Assembly (NCBI RefSeq): GCF_006345805.1
Contig: NC_043012.1
Location: 48,484,001-48,548,000 of the forward strand
Source: Octopus sinensis
Lineage: Eukaryota
Direction of reading: 5' to 3'
Length of the DNA: 64,000 nt
Under the pieces are notes generated by a model. That model worked only from the letters and a program-made list of their open reading frames with translations. It did not search any database and had not been told where the DNA came from. How positions within the stretch are numbered: position 1 is the first letter of the stretch; every line of letters starts with the position of its first letter. This document shows positions 14,338 through 27,929 of the stretch, one piece after another. The translations under genes were made by a program, and so were the position numbers.

Positions 14338-14458
14338 AACTCTACTGTTTCGTGATCTTCCCAATGTAGACATCGTAATATATTTTGTAACATATTCTAA
14401 CACATTGCAACATAGTTTCAAAGATACCCTAACATATTGTAATATATTTGACAGACAA

Positions 14459-14655
14459 AGGCGGTGAGCTGGTAGAATCGTTAGCGCATTTCACCTTGCG
14501 GCATCTCGTCCGTCTTTAAGCTCTGAGTTTAAATTCCGCTAAGAACGACTTTGCTTTTTATGTTTTTGGAATCGATGAAATATGTATCGTTGATGTCATT
14601 GACTTACCCTTTCCCCCGAAATTCCTGGCCATGTGTCACATTCTGAAACCAATAT
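14459..14655 (+). mobile_element. SINE family A, diverged, head-to-head with the previous copy
   Basis: GGCGGTGAGCTGGTAGAATCGTTAGC head and GAGTTTAAATTCCGC. Confidence 0.75.
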
Positions 14656-15507
14656 ATTTTGTAAACCATATTAAAGCATATTGTAACACCTATTCAAACA
14701 TTTTGTGACAAATATTCGAACCTATAGTGAAACAAACTGTAACATATTTTGTAAAGTATTCTGAAAGTATTTGTGACATTTATTGTAATTCTCATATATC
14801 GTAACGCATATATTAATGCAGTGACGTGTGCGTATACGAATATATATATGTGCGTATTTATACATAGAAATATATATAGAGAGAAGGAGGAAATAGCAAA
14901 AAAAAACGGACGGGTACAGACAGATATATAGATAGTGACGCTTTTCAAAAAAAGATTTGTTTTTTCTAGCTCCAAGCTGCGAAAACTAATAAGGACTGTA
15001 CAGGAGGTGGTCGAAGACCGAAAATGGCTTGAAAGTCATAACATGCCGGCGGGAAATAACATCACTAGGTGAGACAAGCTGACACTGTATCAGCTTCGCT
15101 GACTGACAGGTGACGGTCGTTTAGAGAATGCGCGGGCGAAAACTACGCGCCTTCACTAGTCAGTTAAGATGAAACAGTGTCACGTGACAACTTGCTGGGC
15201 CGTCTATGGGCAGGTATTTAAAGGGAAACATTTGACAGACAGTCACTGGCTGACACTCGCTGACGATACATCGAAGAGGCCAGGGAACAGAAGAAAGAAA
15301 AAGAAAGAAGACATGCACCCAACAACAGAGCTGAAGGCACCTCCGAAAGGGGGGGGGCGCCACGTCAAAACGGTAGAGGAGTAGGGGCCGAAACCGGACG
15401 TGGTTCCTCCTGATGATGTCTTGAGCTAACTGGATCCTATAAAGAAGCTGTTGTGGTAGCAGACCACGAAACACGGCTGTAATTCCTCAGACTAACAAAC
15501 AGAAAAT

Positions 15508-15572
<65 letters not shown>

Positions 15573-15617
15573 GGATAGATTGATAGGTAGGTAGGTAGAT
15601 AGATAGATAGATGATAA

Positions 15618-15661
<44 letters not shown>

Positions 15662-15710
15662 GTAGGTAGGTAGGTAGGTAGGTAGGTAGGTAGGTAGGTA
15701 GGTAGATAGG

Positions 15711-15759
<49 letters not shown>

Positions 15760-15765
15760 AGAGAG
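15508..15765. repeat. (GATA)n/(GGTA)n/(GA)n microsatellite
   Basis: Directly visible. Confidence 0.95.
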
Positions 15766-16544
15766 AGGGAAAGAAATGCATATAAGTAAGTATATTGTGT
15801 TCATTGTCGAGAGATAAACTTATCAGCCAGAAAATTGCCGATAGTAAATTGAACATAACTTGTGGTGTTAATTCCGTCCGATTTACTCAGAACCTTCCTC
15901 ATGACTTTCATCATGGTAGATGTAATGATTCAATGATTGGTCCCTTAGAACGCTATAACTTTGTTAACGCTACAATCATGCTTAATAAGATTCATGGCAT
16001 AAAGCAATTACTATCTGATCTTGGTTCCAAGATAGCGTGTTAAATGATCTTCATAAGAGATGTGGTTGATTTTAATGGTCTCAACTCCATACGTAATATA
16101 TATTGCATCGATCCCGTAGAATAAAAGGCAAACGTCGCCTCAGGGGGATTTGATTTAAGAACATAAACTGATATAAGTAAATAGAAGTCTGGCCCTGTAC
16201 TTTGTCCGCCATTCTATCGCCCCTGTCGTTCAGTAGATAATACTAATTTAATTCAGATGGCTGATCATAAAAGCTTCGCAATCTTTTGTTTGTTGATGAT
16301 CCAGGGAAATGAAGGAGGATAAAATATTCAACATGCTCTATGTAGGGAGAAAAAATGTCTGCGGATCATTTTCCCTCTTTGGCACCTCTACTTCAAAGGA
16401 AACAAAGTCACAAATACACAACTCTTACCAATTTCCCTAAAAAAAAAAATTAATAAAAAAAAATAATAATAATTCCTACAAGCGTTTAGGAGTCTCATAG
16501 ACCAGCCAGGTCTTCTGATACCGTCAGAAAATAACAGCCATAAC

Positions 16545-16579
16545 AATGGGAAACGAAAACAACAACAACAACAGTAAAA

Positions 16580-16626
<47 letters not shown>

Positions 16627-16639
16627 AATGATAATAATG

Positions 16640-16685
<46 letters not shown>

Positions 16686-16705
16686 TAATAATAATAATAA
16701 TAGTA

Positions 16706-16765
<60 letters not shown>
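16545..16765. repeat. (CAA)n/(GAT)n/(TAA)n microsatellite
   Basis: Directly visible; source of the poly-D, poly-N, poly-M and poly-I ORFs. Confidence 0.95.
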
Positions 16766-16768
<3 letters not shown>

Positions 16769-16947
16769 TCTCTAATTCAAGTTAATTTAATAAGGCTTAA
16801 TCAGGAAGGAGAAATGAGAGGCATAAATCGATGGAGAGAATGTAAATAAAATTAATATTATAAAAAAAAAACAGACAGAATGAAGATCTGAAACATTTTT
16901 AATGCTCTTTCACTCTCTTTCATTCTATCGTAATACATACATACATA

Positions 16948-17020
<73 letters not shown>

Positions 17021-18587
17021 ATATATATATATATTATTCTCTGTGACTATCTTCCTTTCCCTCACTCTTCTTTTCTATTTGCTCTCCTCTCAACTCACCT
17101 TACCGCTCCTTACCACTAACATCTGTTGCGCCGCCTTTTCCCGTATAATATCTCCCAGTTCTACGATAACACCATTCTATATTGCTCGATCGAATATGTT
17201 TTTATGCCAGAGGGATCTGACCATTGTTTGTATAATCAACAATGTTTTATTACACCACGCATCATAATCCACTAAGCACAACATTTTTATTTTCTCTCTC
17301 TCTCTCTCTTTCTTTTTCTGTCTCTCCCTCTCTATCTCTCTCATCTTCTCCCTTCTTCATCCTCACTTTCACTCTCTCTTATTTTTTTGCTGACATTATG
17401 CACACACATCTGTATATATTTGCATATGTATATACATGTGTACATGTGTACGTGTGCTTGTGCATATGTGCGTCTGTAGATGCATACATCCATACACCAC
17501 ATACGCATATATATGTGAATAAATTTTTGTCTACATATATATAAATATATATATATATATATGCATACATGCAGGCATGAATGCATTCATGTATATATAA
17601 TGCACATACATACAAGACATCAGTGCAGATGTATAACGTATTTGGCATATCACCCTCTCTCTTTCAGTCTACTATCCTTTTTCTTCTCTCTCCCACATCC
17701 ACTCTCTCTTCCTCTCTCTGCCTCTCTCCTCCACTATCTCTCCCTTCCCTTCTTCCTTTCTCTCTCTCTCTCATTTTATATGCATGTAAATTAATTTTCT
17801 CTTTGCACAATAATATCTAAAATTATCTTCTTTGATATGATTCTCTCCTCCTATATCTGTCCCACGGCAGGGAATTGGCAGAGTCGGTAGAGCGTCTCAT
17901 CAGAACAAATGTCTTCCGGCATTTGCCTTAGCTGTCTGCAATCGGAGTTCAAATAACGACAAGGTCAAAGATTCTTTCTGCCCTTTCGAGGTCAATAAAT
18001 GAAGTCAGCACGCCGTTGATCTCTCTCTCTCTCTCTCTCTCTCTTTGTCTCTTCCTCTCTCTTTCACTCTCTCCCTTACTCTCTTTGTATGTCTATCCCC
18101 TGAGCTTCTTGTAGGTGAGAAGACAGCATCATAAAGTAAAAATACCCTAAGGAATAAAATAGAAAAGCAGTCTTGTAATTTTCGAACAAAAATCCAAGAT
18201 ATACACAACGTAATTATCAAGGCAGACACCAAGTGTCATTTGTCTACCTGTATAAAAGACTACATTTTATTTTCTCCCTATAGGTTTGGAAGTAATTATG
18301 TATGTGTATGTGTGTGTTTTTGTATGTGTGTTTGTGTGTATGTGTTTGTGTGCGTGCGTGCGTGTATATATGTATTATTTTCTTTAAGATTTAAGTTCAT
18401 AATACAGTTCAAGGTCATTGCTGACAAACAAGATTTGTAATTGAAAACAGTGCCCGGATTTCTAAATATAAGGTTGAGTTAATGTGTGTGAGAGAGAATA
18501 TATAAATATATATATAATAATAATAATATTAGGGAATAAATCCAAACTTACAGGGAAAAATTAATAGTGGTTTTTATCTCTAATTCA

Positions 18588-18705
<118 letters not shown>

Positions 18706-19558
18706 ATATTTATATATATTTATTTATATATATATATATTTAATATTTATATATATTTATATATATATATAGATTAATATACATATATATATTAATATAT
18801 ACACATATATACAAACATGCATACATAAAATATCTCTCTCTCTCTCTCTCTACCTCTCATACACACATACAAACACGCACACACACGCACATGCTTACAT
18901 ACATGCAGATAATGAAACATGCTACACTATTTGAACTCCCACGACTATAATCAACCAGTAAAAACGAAGCAGTCTCTAACCTGGAAATTGTAGTCAATAT
19001 GAAGATGATACAACTGACCTTCAGAGAAACTTCTTTGTGCTAAATTATTGACTCCTCCAATACAAATATTGGGATTCATGTGTAGAATAGTTTCTAAATA
19101 GCATAACTTAAAACCACACTTACCTAACACACTTTTCTCTGGCATCCATCTTGCACATGTAGCCGAATAGTGTTTCAGGCGTAGCCTCAGTTGTGACTCT
19201 ATAGCTCAATACTTGCGCAGCTACAGCCTTTCATAATGTTATTGGAGTGACTGCTACAAGTCACAAGCCTGGGATGGGTGAATGGAGATTCCTCGTTGCT
19301 CAAATATTGTAGAATCCCCATCTCGTATTCGTTGTTGTGTTCTAAAGTAGTGCGGAGCATTGCCGTTGGATATCAGTTGCAGGAAGGGTTTTAAGTCGAA
19401 CATCTGACCGCATTAAGGGCATCACTTCGAATTTATTATAGGATTTACTCCCTAGAAATTTCTTTCCGTTTTCGGGATGGAGAGATTGGCATCTAGCATT
19501 TCAGATCATAATGCAGGGAGTTTAAACGTAGAATAGATAAAGAAGGTAAGCAGAAGTT

Positions 19559-19790
19559 GGTGGCGAGCTGGCAGGAACGTTAGCACGCCGGGCGAAATGC
19601 GTAGCCGTATTTCGTCTGCCGTTACGTTCTAAGTTCAAATTTCGCCGAGGTTGACTTTGCCTTTCATCCTTTCGGGGTTGATAGATTAAGTACCAGTTAC
19701 GCACTGGGGTCGATCTAATCGACTTCATCCGTTTGTCTGTCCTTGTCTGTCCCCTCTATTACCCCTTGTGGGCAATAAAGAAATAATAAG
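19559..19790 (+). mobile_element. SINE family A
   Basis: GGTGGCGAGCTGGCAGGAACGTTAGCACGCCGGGCGAAATG head plus one module. Confidence 0.87.
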
Positions 19791-20084
19791 TAGGTGGAAG
19801 GAGAAAGTAGGTGGAAGGAGGAAGTAGGTGGTTCAGGGGTAGGGGAGTGATGAAGCCGGGGAAGCATCGTTGTTGAGTGTGGCATCTTTGTTGAGTGCGA
19901 GGCTGTATAAAAGGAAGTAAGTATAATGATAGAAGGGAGATGGGGTATTGAAATGGAGGGTAGTAGTCTAGTTATAGATGCTGGCAAGGAATCAAAGGGA
20001 AAATTCGAAGAAGAAGGCAGAGGGAGAATGCAGATGTAAGTAGGAAAGTAAAGGAAAGGCAGACAGACAGACAGACATATTCTT

Positions 20085-20396
20085 TTACGATAAACATCGC
20101 CCTTTTCAAGCCTAGCCAGGGTCATGGGCCCGGTTTCCCGGTTTCTGTAGCGTATGTGTTTCCCCCAGCTGGACGGGATGCCAGTCCATCGCAACGTTAC
20201 TCAAGAAACAGGAAGAGAGAGTGAGAGAAAGTTGGGGCGAAAGAGTAAAACAGCGGCCGCCACTGCCCCCTGCTGGAGCCCCGTGAAGCTTTTAGGTGTT
20301 TTTGCTCAATAAACACACACAACGTCCGGTCTGGGAATCGAAACCGCGCTCCTCCAACCGCAAGTCCGCTTCCCTAACCACTGGGCCATTGCGCCT
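20085..20396 (-). mobile_element. tRNA-derived SINE family C (V/Meta-SINE-like tail)
   Basis: The minus strand begins AGGCGCAATGGCCCAGTGGTTAGGG...GGTTTCGATTCCCAGACCGG. Later GCGATGGACTGGCATCCCGTCCAG and GCTACAGAAACCGGG resemble V/Meta-SINE 3' parts (recalled, not searched). Confidence 0.75.
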
Positions 20397-22634
20397 CACA
20401 TATTCGTATACACAACGATATGTTGTTTTGTAAATATTTAAAAAATCTGTTAGGGGATAATATCTTTGCTATAATAAAAACAATTGTTGATGTTAACCTG
20501 GAGTCAGCCCTGGGTGAACATATAGACTTATGGCGAAAAGCGATCCACTCGTGCCCATTCCAACATATTTTTCAGCAATTGTGCATCTAGGATCCTGTTA
20601 TCCAGTGACCAGTGACTCCTTTTACATTCAAAGCAACTTAAGTAAATAATGTATGGGATGCTAGTTTTATGGATTATAAGTATTTGAGCTTTGCAGGGGA
20701 CTTCATGACTGAGGACAGTATTACAAATATTACGCTGGATTTCAACTCTAGGATTCTCTATTTTTATTTGTAAAAATTTCACAATTTCCTGAAACGTAAG
20801 TATTTGAATTTTTTTCGATATTCTAGTGTATAAAAGTCGTTGTTTTACTTGTTTTTCTTTCAAATTATAATCAGTCCCAGTTGAGTATTTCTATGCTCAA
20901 AATATTCCAGCAATGATCATGAAAACTTTTTTCAAGTATGGTATATTTAACACTGGATTATCTAATATGACATTCCTTTTCTTTTTAAGGCTTTAGTCTT
21001 GATTTGAGGGGAGAATTGACTGCTAATTAAAGCAGGTCATCAGATCGGGGAAAAGTTCCCTCATTTAATCATTTAGGAAATGATACGCCTTTCACCAAAT
21101 TTCTCGCAATTTAGTAACACATCCTTCTCCGTCATCACAAAATGCATTCATGCATATGAAATATCAGAAACACAGATCACATTAAGATTTCATTGCTTAT
21201 TGAAACTCTGTAGCCATAGCGGGATTCTATTTATTGCTATTGATATCATTTATGTTTAAGGTTCAACTCAATAAAATTTCACGCTATTCAATGTGATAAA
21301 GAAATTGCCAATGAAATCTCATACACGTTCCTAAAATTAAATAGTTTCTATTGAGCATTACTGTTAGCTTCAAACATAAAATGAAGAGCTGCTGTCTTTA
21401 CTTAAAATACGAATACCGCGAATGACACAAGTCCAACACGCACAAGATGGCACCTAATTGCATTATATTCACACAAAGTGAAATCTGTCGAATCACACCT
21501 GAATACCAAACCCAGCTCCTATCACAATCCATATGACTTAATCTGTTTGGGTATCGGTATTAACTACTCTTTATTTACACACGTTTACATACATGTACTT
21601 ACAAACGCATATCTAGCCAGCTAGTTAGCTAGATATATGTCTATATATATATATGTATACACACACACACACACACACACACATACATAGGCGCAAGCAC
21701 ATAATCACATAAACACACATGATACTTGAACTATGTTTTAATAAATTTTCACAAAATCATACGAGAAATTTTATGGGTTGGAACGTCAACATTTTCACAA
21801 ATACTTCATGTAAACATATTCTGTATAATTCTAGATTTACTCACATAATACATACATATACACATATATACATTTGTAAGAGTGCAAACGAAGCAAAAGA
21901 CAGCTCTACGCATGACGAGCAGTTTAAATATTTGCATTAAAGGCTTGACCAAGAATTGTGTTACATATGGTTGCATAGGTGCAATAGATGCCTCTGATCG
22001 GTCAGTCGCTTAATGCTTGGTGATTGTCGTTGGATAACAAGTAAGATTCGTGCATGAGGTGGAATCGATATCTAGACGAATGGAAACAGCTGTTGAATGG
22101 GAGGAAACTTACCAGAGTTCGCATAGTCCTTATCATTTGCTAGAAATTTAAAAGTAAGTATAAATGTCAGCAAACTTCCTTAAAGCCCTAGACTTTAGGA
22201 GACAACTGACACACATTTGTGACCTCAATATTGGCAGAGTCATACACACCAGAACTTTACTTTTATACCATTATTACTCCTACGTGGTCAAATCAGAAGG
22301 TAAAGCTCTGTTCGATACTGAAGGGCTACGATGGAACAGAGACTGGGGACTTTGCTGCATTAATGAAAGAGAAGTAGAACACACCGAACCATGAATGGGA
22401 AATCTTATTTATCGCCCATTCGTTAGTTGTTACCAGTTACCGAGACACCAGTTTCACCACGGGATCTGAAATAACCAGCGAGAAGAAGCTTTAATTATTA
22501 TCCAGTTCCAATACTCGCTACTGAATATTAATTATCAGCTACTTTGATAGGATTTGTGTGTATATGAGCCTTTAAGGAATGTGATTCTGAATGAAGGTAC
22601 ATATGCATAAGCATATACAGACGTACATATATGC

Positions 22635-22683
<49 letters not shown>

Positions 22684-22844
22684 TTCCCTGTCCTGTCTTT
22701 TACTGTTATATATATTTTTTTACTGTTTATATTTTTTTTACTGTTTTTTATTGTTTATATATTTTTTTTACTGTTTTTTACTGTTTATATTTTTGTACTG
22801 TCGTTACTGTCCTGTTTTTTTACCATTTTTTTACCATTTTTTAC

Positions 22845-23110
22845 CCCTCTGCGAAAAGATCTCAGAATTTTAATTGATTTGCTTTTCGCAGGAAGGAAAG
22901 TTTCTTGTCGAAGATACGTCTCGCTTTTATCCTTCGAAACGTAGAGTACATGAAACCTTAGCGACTGAAGAAGGGGTTTTTTCGTTGTGTTAATTGTCCT
23001 GTACTCCATTTTTTGTTGTTTTTAAAAAATGTCCTGTTCCTTTGGTTTGTGTCTATGTGTTTCGTTTCTCTTTGTGTTCGACGTCCCTTTGGTGTCCTGT
23101 ACTCATATAT
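22845..23110 (+). repeat. Dispersed repeat tail with hairpin and hammerhead-like half motifs
   Basis: CTGCGAAAAG/CTTTTCGCAG hairpin, CGAAACGTA and CTGAAGAAGGGG; ends GTCCTGTACTCATATATG, similar to the 3.9 and 4.8 kb copies. Confidence 0.45.
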
Positions 23111-23183
23111 GCGTGTATATGTACATGTAGAGGTAGGTACGTACATATATGCTTATATATATGCATATGTTTTATTTCATTTA

Positions 23184-23215
<32 letters not shown>

Positions 23216-23295
23216 CGTATATATGTATATATATATATATTATATATATATATATATTATATATATATATATACATACATACATACATACATACA

Positions 23296-23327
<32 letters not shown>

Positions 23328-23544
23328 CGTGTGTATGTGTATGCGCGTGAATGTATGTAATGTATTCAAATACCTGTATATATGTAGATATATGCATATA
23401 GAAGTTAGTAGCTATCTTTGTATCTACAATGTATATCTCTGAGCGTCTTGTTAATACTTTGCATGTAACACGTACTCGTGTTGTTGTTTTTTTCGAGTCT
23501 TTTTCTCCGCTTTTTAAAAATTTATTATATATATGAACATATAA

Positions 23545-23760
23545 TTAAACATTAATCGCCATGATAGATCGCTAGCCACTACACATTCTTTATTTTCTCT
23601 CCTTGTTTCTTTCTGTGTTCCTTTCTGTGGAAGAGCGTAGGCTCGAAACGTTAAAGACTTTTTCACTTCCCGAGCGTTAAACTAATACATTTGTTTGTTG
23701 TCTACACCCACCTATCTTCGTGTTTTGTTTTTTGTGTGTGTGTGTGAATTCTCCCTATAT
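23545..23760 (+). mobile_element. Solo PLE terminal fragment with hammerhead-like motif (23621-23656)
   Basis: CTTT-CTGTGGA-A-GAGCGTAGGCTC-GAAACGT-T-AAAG; homologous to 1460-1655 and 52600-52835. Confidence 0.75.
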
Positions 23761-23781
23761 ATATATATACATTCATACACA

Positions 23782-23851
<70 letters not shown>

Positions 23852-24051
23852 TAATGTTCTTATAATCAGTTATAATAAAAATAATTTTACATTAACCTGA
23901 TGGACAATTCTATACTTTTGTAGTGAACAAATTTTATCATTCTTATCCGAGAACGTCGTTGACAATGACTTCGAAGTTTCGGCTAGCCAAGCCATCGGTC
24001 AGCTAAGTCATACACATATCTATGCGTATATATATGTATCCACACACACAC

Positions 24052-24099
<48 letters not shown>

Positions 24100-24641
24100 A
24101 CATATATAAGAACGCTGTGTTATGTGAACGTAATGTTTGTTGGTCTGTGTATTTGCGTATGTGTGTACTTGTATATGTTTATGTAAGTTATAGAATTTAC
24201 TAAGTGTGCGCTTTATTTACTGTCTGCCCACATTGTATTTTGTTATATGTGTGTGTGAATGAGCATGCGCGTGTCTGCGTGCTATAATATAGCGTTGTAA
24301 TTTCTTTCTTTCCCCCACCTCGCCCTTCTTTTGATTCATAATTTCATGATTCCTTATTTCAGCGACAATTAATGACCTTCATTGATATTATATTATTGCA
24401 GATGCTGCTGTTGATGCTGGCTTTGGTGGTGATGGTGCCGGCGGCGGTGGCGGCGGTGGTGGTGATGGTGGTGTGGATTTGATGGTGGATGTGGTGGTTC
24501 TGGTGGTGGTGGTGGTGGTATAGCAGTCATGCTATTGTTATAATTGCACGTGCTGCTGTTGTTGGCTATCATTATTATTGTTGTTGTTTTTGTTGCTGCT
24601 TCTGCTGCTGTTGTTATTGTTGGCTGTCATTATTGCAATTT

Positions 24642-24673
<32 letters not shown>

Positions 24674-25095
24674 GTTGTTGTTATCGTCCATGTGGCTATA
24701 GTTGTTTTACTTATCTCAAAGATAAAGCACATGAAAAGCTTCACAAAAACAAACGAGTGAAACCATCGACATGAAACAAATTGAAGTTGCCGTTGATATA
24801 ATACTGATAACCCCAGAGTTTACTGTTCAGTTTTGCTTTATCATCTCATTTTCTTTGGGGACCATTGTACACACACGCACACACGCACACACACACACAT
24901 ATGGGAGGAATGTTTGTATATGCATATGTATGTTATAAATACGTGTGTATTGTTTGTGAATGTATTTATGTATGTACTTATCTATATACACACATACACT
25001 CACACACACACATATATATATATATATATAGAGAGAGAGAGGAATATATACACGCACATATACATACAAACATACATACATATATGTATATATAT

Positions 25096-25185
<90 letters not shown>

Positions 25186-25268
25186 TACATATATACATAG
25201 ACACACATATATATACACGCAGACTTGTGTGTGTTTATGTATTTGTATGTATGTATTGTGTGTGTGTA

Positions 25269-25340
<72 letters not shown>

Positions 25341-25384
25341 TACAAATACGTATATCATGTATATAATAATAGTAGTCAGTACAG

Positions 25385-26130
25385 CCTACTCTTTGGTGGT
25401 GTGAAAGTCAGACACTACAACATAACGCCACGAGGAGAAAGTTCCGTGAAGATGTGTGGGAAACAGAAACGAAATGGAAGCACTGGAAGATTGTTGGAGT
25501 TTTCTGACAAAGACGGCAAGACTTAGCATGTACAGCATCAAGAGCTGGAAAAATACCAATGCCAGGCGAAAGAGCTCATAGTGTACAGAATGCAGGATTC
25601 GCCGCATAATAGCAGTGGGATGAGACAGTCGAGCGCCCTCCAGTTCCGAAAAGAACCCTGGAATATTGCTAGTCTTTGCTTCTGGCTAACTCCAATTAAT
25701 TTTAAAATATATAGCGTGTGGGTAGACTATTCCTGCAAGCTGTATGGAGTGGCTCTTCACTTCATGAATTAATCTTTGGTTGGATACCTTAGGACACTGG
25801 AAATGAACGACACAATTGGACGTACGACAAGGTCCTTAAAGAAATCGCTAAACAACCATTCCCACCGAAAGGGATTAGATTTCTGTGGAAATGTAACAAG
25901 TCGAATGTAAAGGCAGCGGATCCGTTTTGCTATTTTGCATCTAGCCACAGACTAGTGAACTTAAAGCATAGACTCGTTTTCCCAGAGGTCGTGGCAGTAA
26001 AATCACTCTGGCAGGACTTATTCCTGATGGCCAAAGAAACCATTCTGGTTGAACTCACATTGCTCTAAGAGGATAGGCCTGACATTTAGCACCAGCTGAA
26101 GAAAACCGAATGTCCTGGTTTGGTCGATGA
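25385..26130 (+). pseudogene. Highly decayed RTE-clade LINE 3' region
   Basis: Patchy motifs RQRIRFA (cf. RRLRFAGH) and RGRG in the expected order; many stops and frameshifts. Confidence 0.4.
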
Positions 26131-26284
26131 AGTGCTTGTCAAGGGATGACACGCGGCCTTATTCCTGTTGAAATCAGTTGCCACACATTTTCAGCTACAT
26201 CAGAGAACTATTTTTTGCAAATAGAACTCAAGCAAGAAGATAGGTACAGCAATCAAAACTAGCTCAAAGTGGCTATGTTATTAT

Positions 26285-26485
26285 AGCTGGCAGAATAGTT
26301 AGCATGACGGGTAAAATGCTTAGCGTTATTTCGTCCGCATTTACATTCTGAGTTCAAATTCTGCTGTGGCCTACTTTCACTGCCATCCTTTTGGAGTTGA
26401 TAAGTACTAGTTGAGTACTGGGGTCGATTTAATCGACTGGCTCCTTCCCCCAAAATCATCAGATCTTTTACTTATGGCAGAAAGG
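26285..26485 (+). mobile_element. SINE family A, diverged
   Basis: AGCTGGCAGAATAGTTAGC head, GAGTTCAAATTCTGC, tail GGCAGAAAGGATT. Confidence 0.75.
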
Positions 26486-26515
26486 ATTCTTCTTCTTCTT
26501 CTTCTTCTTCTTCTT

Positions 26516-26584
<69 letters not shown>

Positions 26585-27104
26585 GAGTGAGAGAGCAGTT
26601 CATGCCATCAAAGTGACACTGGGGTAAAATATACGAAGCCCAATATACCCATCATGACTACCCGTCTGATAAAGGTACACCAGGCACATGCATCACAACC
26701 ATATGTGCGCGACATGGTGATCTCATATCAAGATAAACAGCACATGACCTTGCAGGTGGGGCCCAGTTAGAATTTTCTTCAGGTTGAGTAGCCCATCCCG
26801 CTCAAACGGTCCCTGAATAAGGGTTGCTTAAGGATGTTGAAAGAACCACCCATGTTTCCAGAGGTGAACTATTCAAACCCCAAAGAATCCCTCTCAACAC
26901 ATGGCTATGATGCTCCCCCACTACTTCTGCTCGTGATCAGAGATGCACATATCGTCAGCCACTAAGGGACATGCTCAACTGGTTATGGTCAAACAACTGA
27001 CAAGCAAATCTGTGGTATTGAGCAGAATATTTGCTGTAGCCCATCTTTTATACCAAGACAAAACAATGTACATGATAACACTTCCAATCAGTTAAGATCA
27101 GAAG
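26585..27104 (-). mobile_element. ~0.52 kb non-coding dispersed element ('element T') flanked by (ATT)n, copy 1
   Basis: Near-identical to 27410-27929 and homologous to 49434-49935 and 43001-43347 (opposite orientation). The strand is inferred from the invariant versus variable ends. Confidence 0.85.
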
Positions 27105-27385
27105 GATAACACTTCCAATCAGTTAAGAGATAACACTTCCAATCAGTTAAGAGATAACACTTCCAATCAGTTAAGATTATAACACTTCCAATCAGTTAAG
27201 AGATAACACTTCCAATCAGTTAAGAGATAACACTTCCAATCAGTTAAGAGATAACACTTCCAATCAGTTAAGAGATAACACTTCCAATCAGTTAAGAGAT
27301 AACACTTCCAATCAGTTAAGAGATAACACTTCCAATCAGTTAAGAGATAACACTTCCAATCAGTTAAGAGATAACACTTCCAATC
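27074..27385. repeat. 24-bp tandem array GATAACACTTCCAATCAGTTAAGA, 12 units plus a partial unit
   Basis: No spacers. One TCAGAAG insertion after unit 1 and one TTATAAC variant at unit 5. Confidence 0.95.
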
Positions 27386-27409
27386 ATTATTATTATTATT
27401 ATTATTATT

Positions 27410-27929
27410 GAGTGAGAGAGCAGTTCATGCCATCAAAGTGACACTGGGGTAAAATATACGAAGCCCAATATACCCATCATGAATACCCGTCTGATAAAGG
27501 TACACCAGGCACATGCATCACAACCATATGTGCGCGACATGGTGATCTCATATCAAGATAAACAGCACATGACCTTGCAGGTGGGGCCCAGTTAGAATTT
27601 TCTTCAGGTTGAGTAGCCCATCCCGCTCAAACGGTCCCTGAATAAGGGTTGCTTAAGGATGTTGAAAGAACCACCCATGTTTCCAGAGGTGAACTATTCA
27701 AACCCCAAAGAATCCCTCTCAACACATGGCTATGATGCTCCCCCACTACTTCTGCTCGTGATCAGAGATGCACATATCGTCAGCCACTAAGGGACATGCT
27801 CAACTGGTTAAGGTCAAACAACTGACAAGCAAATCTGTGGTATTGAGCAGAATATTTGCTGTAGCCCATCTTTTATACCAAGACAAAACAATGTACATGA
27901 TAACACTTCCAATCAGTTAAGATCAGAAG
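27410..27929 (-). mobile_element. Element T, copy 2 (825-bp tandem duplication)
   Basis: Offset 825 bp from copy 1; I noticed only two substitutions. Confidence 0.87.

Noticed and set aside
20528-20863. 111-aa non-repetitive minus-strand ORF
   Set aside because: No recognisable motif or splice context; the length is compatible with chance.
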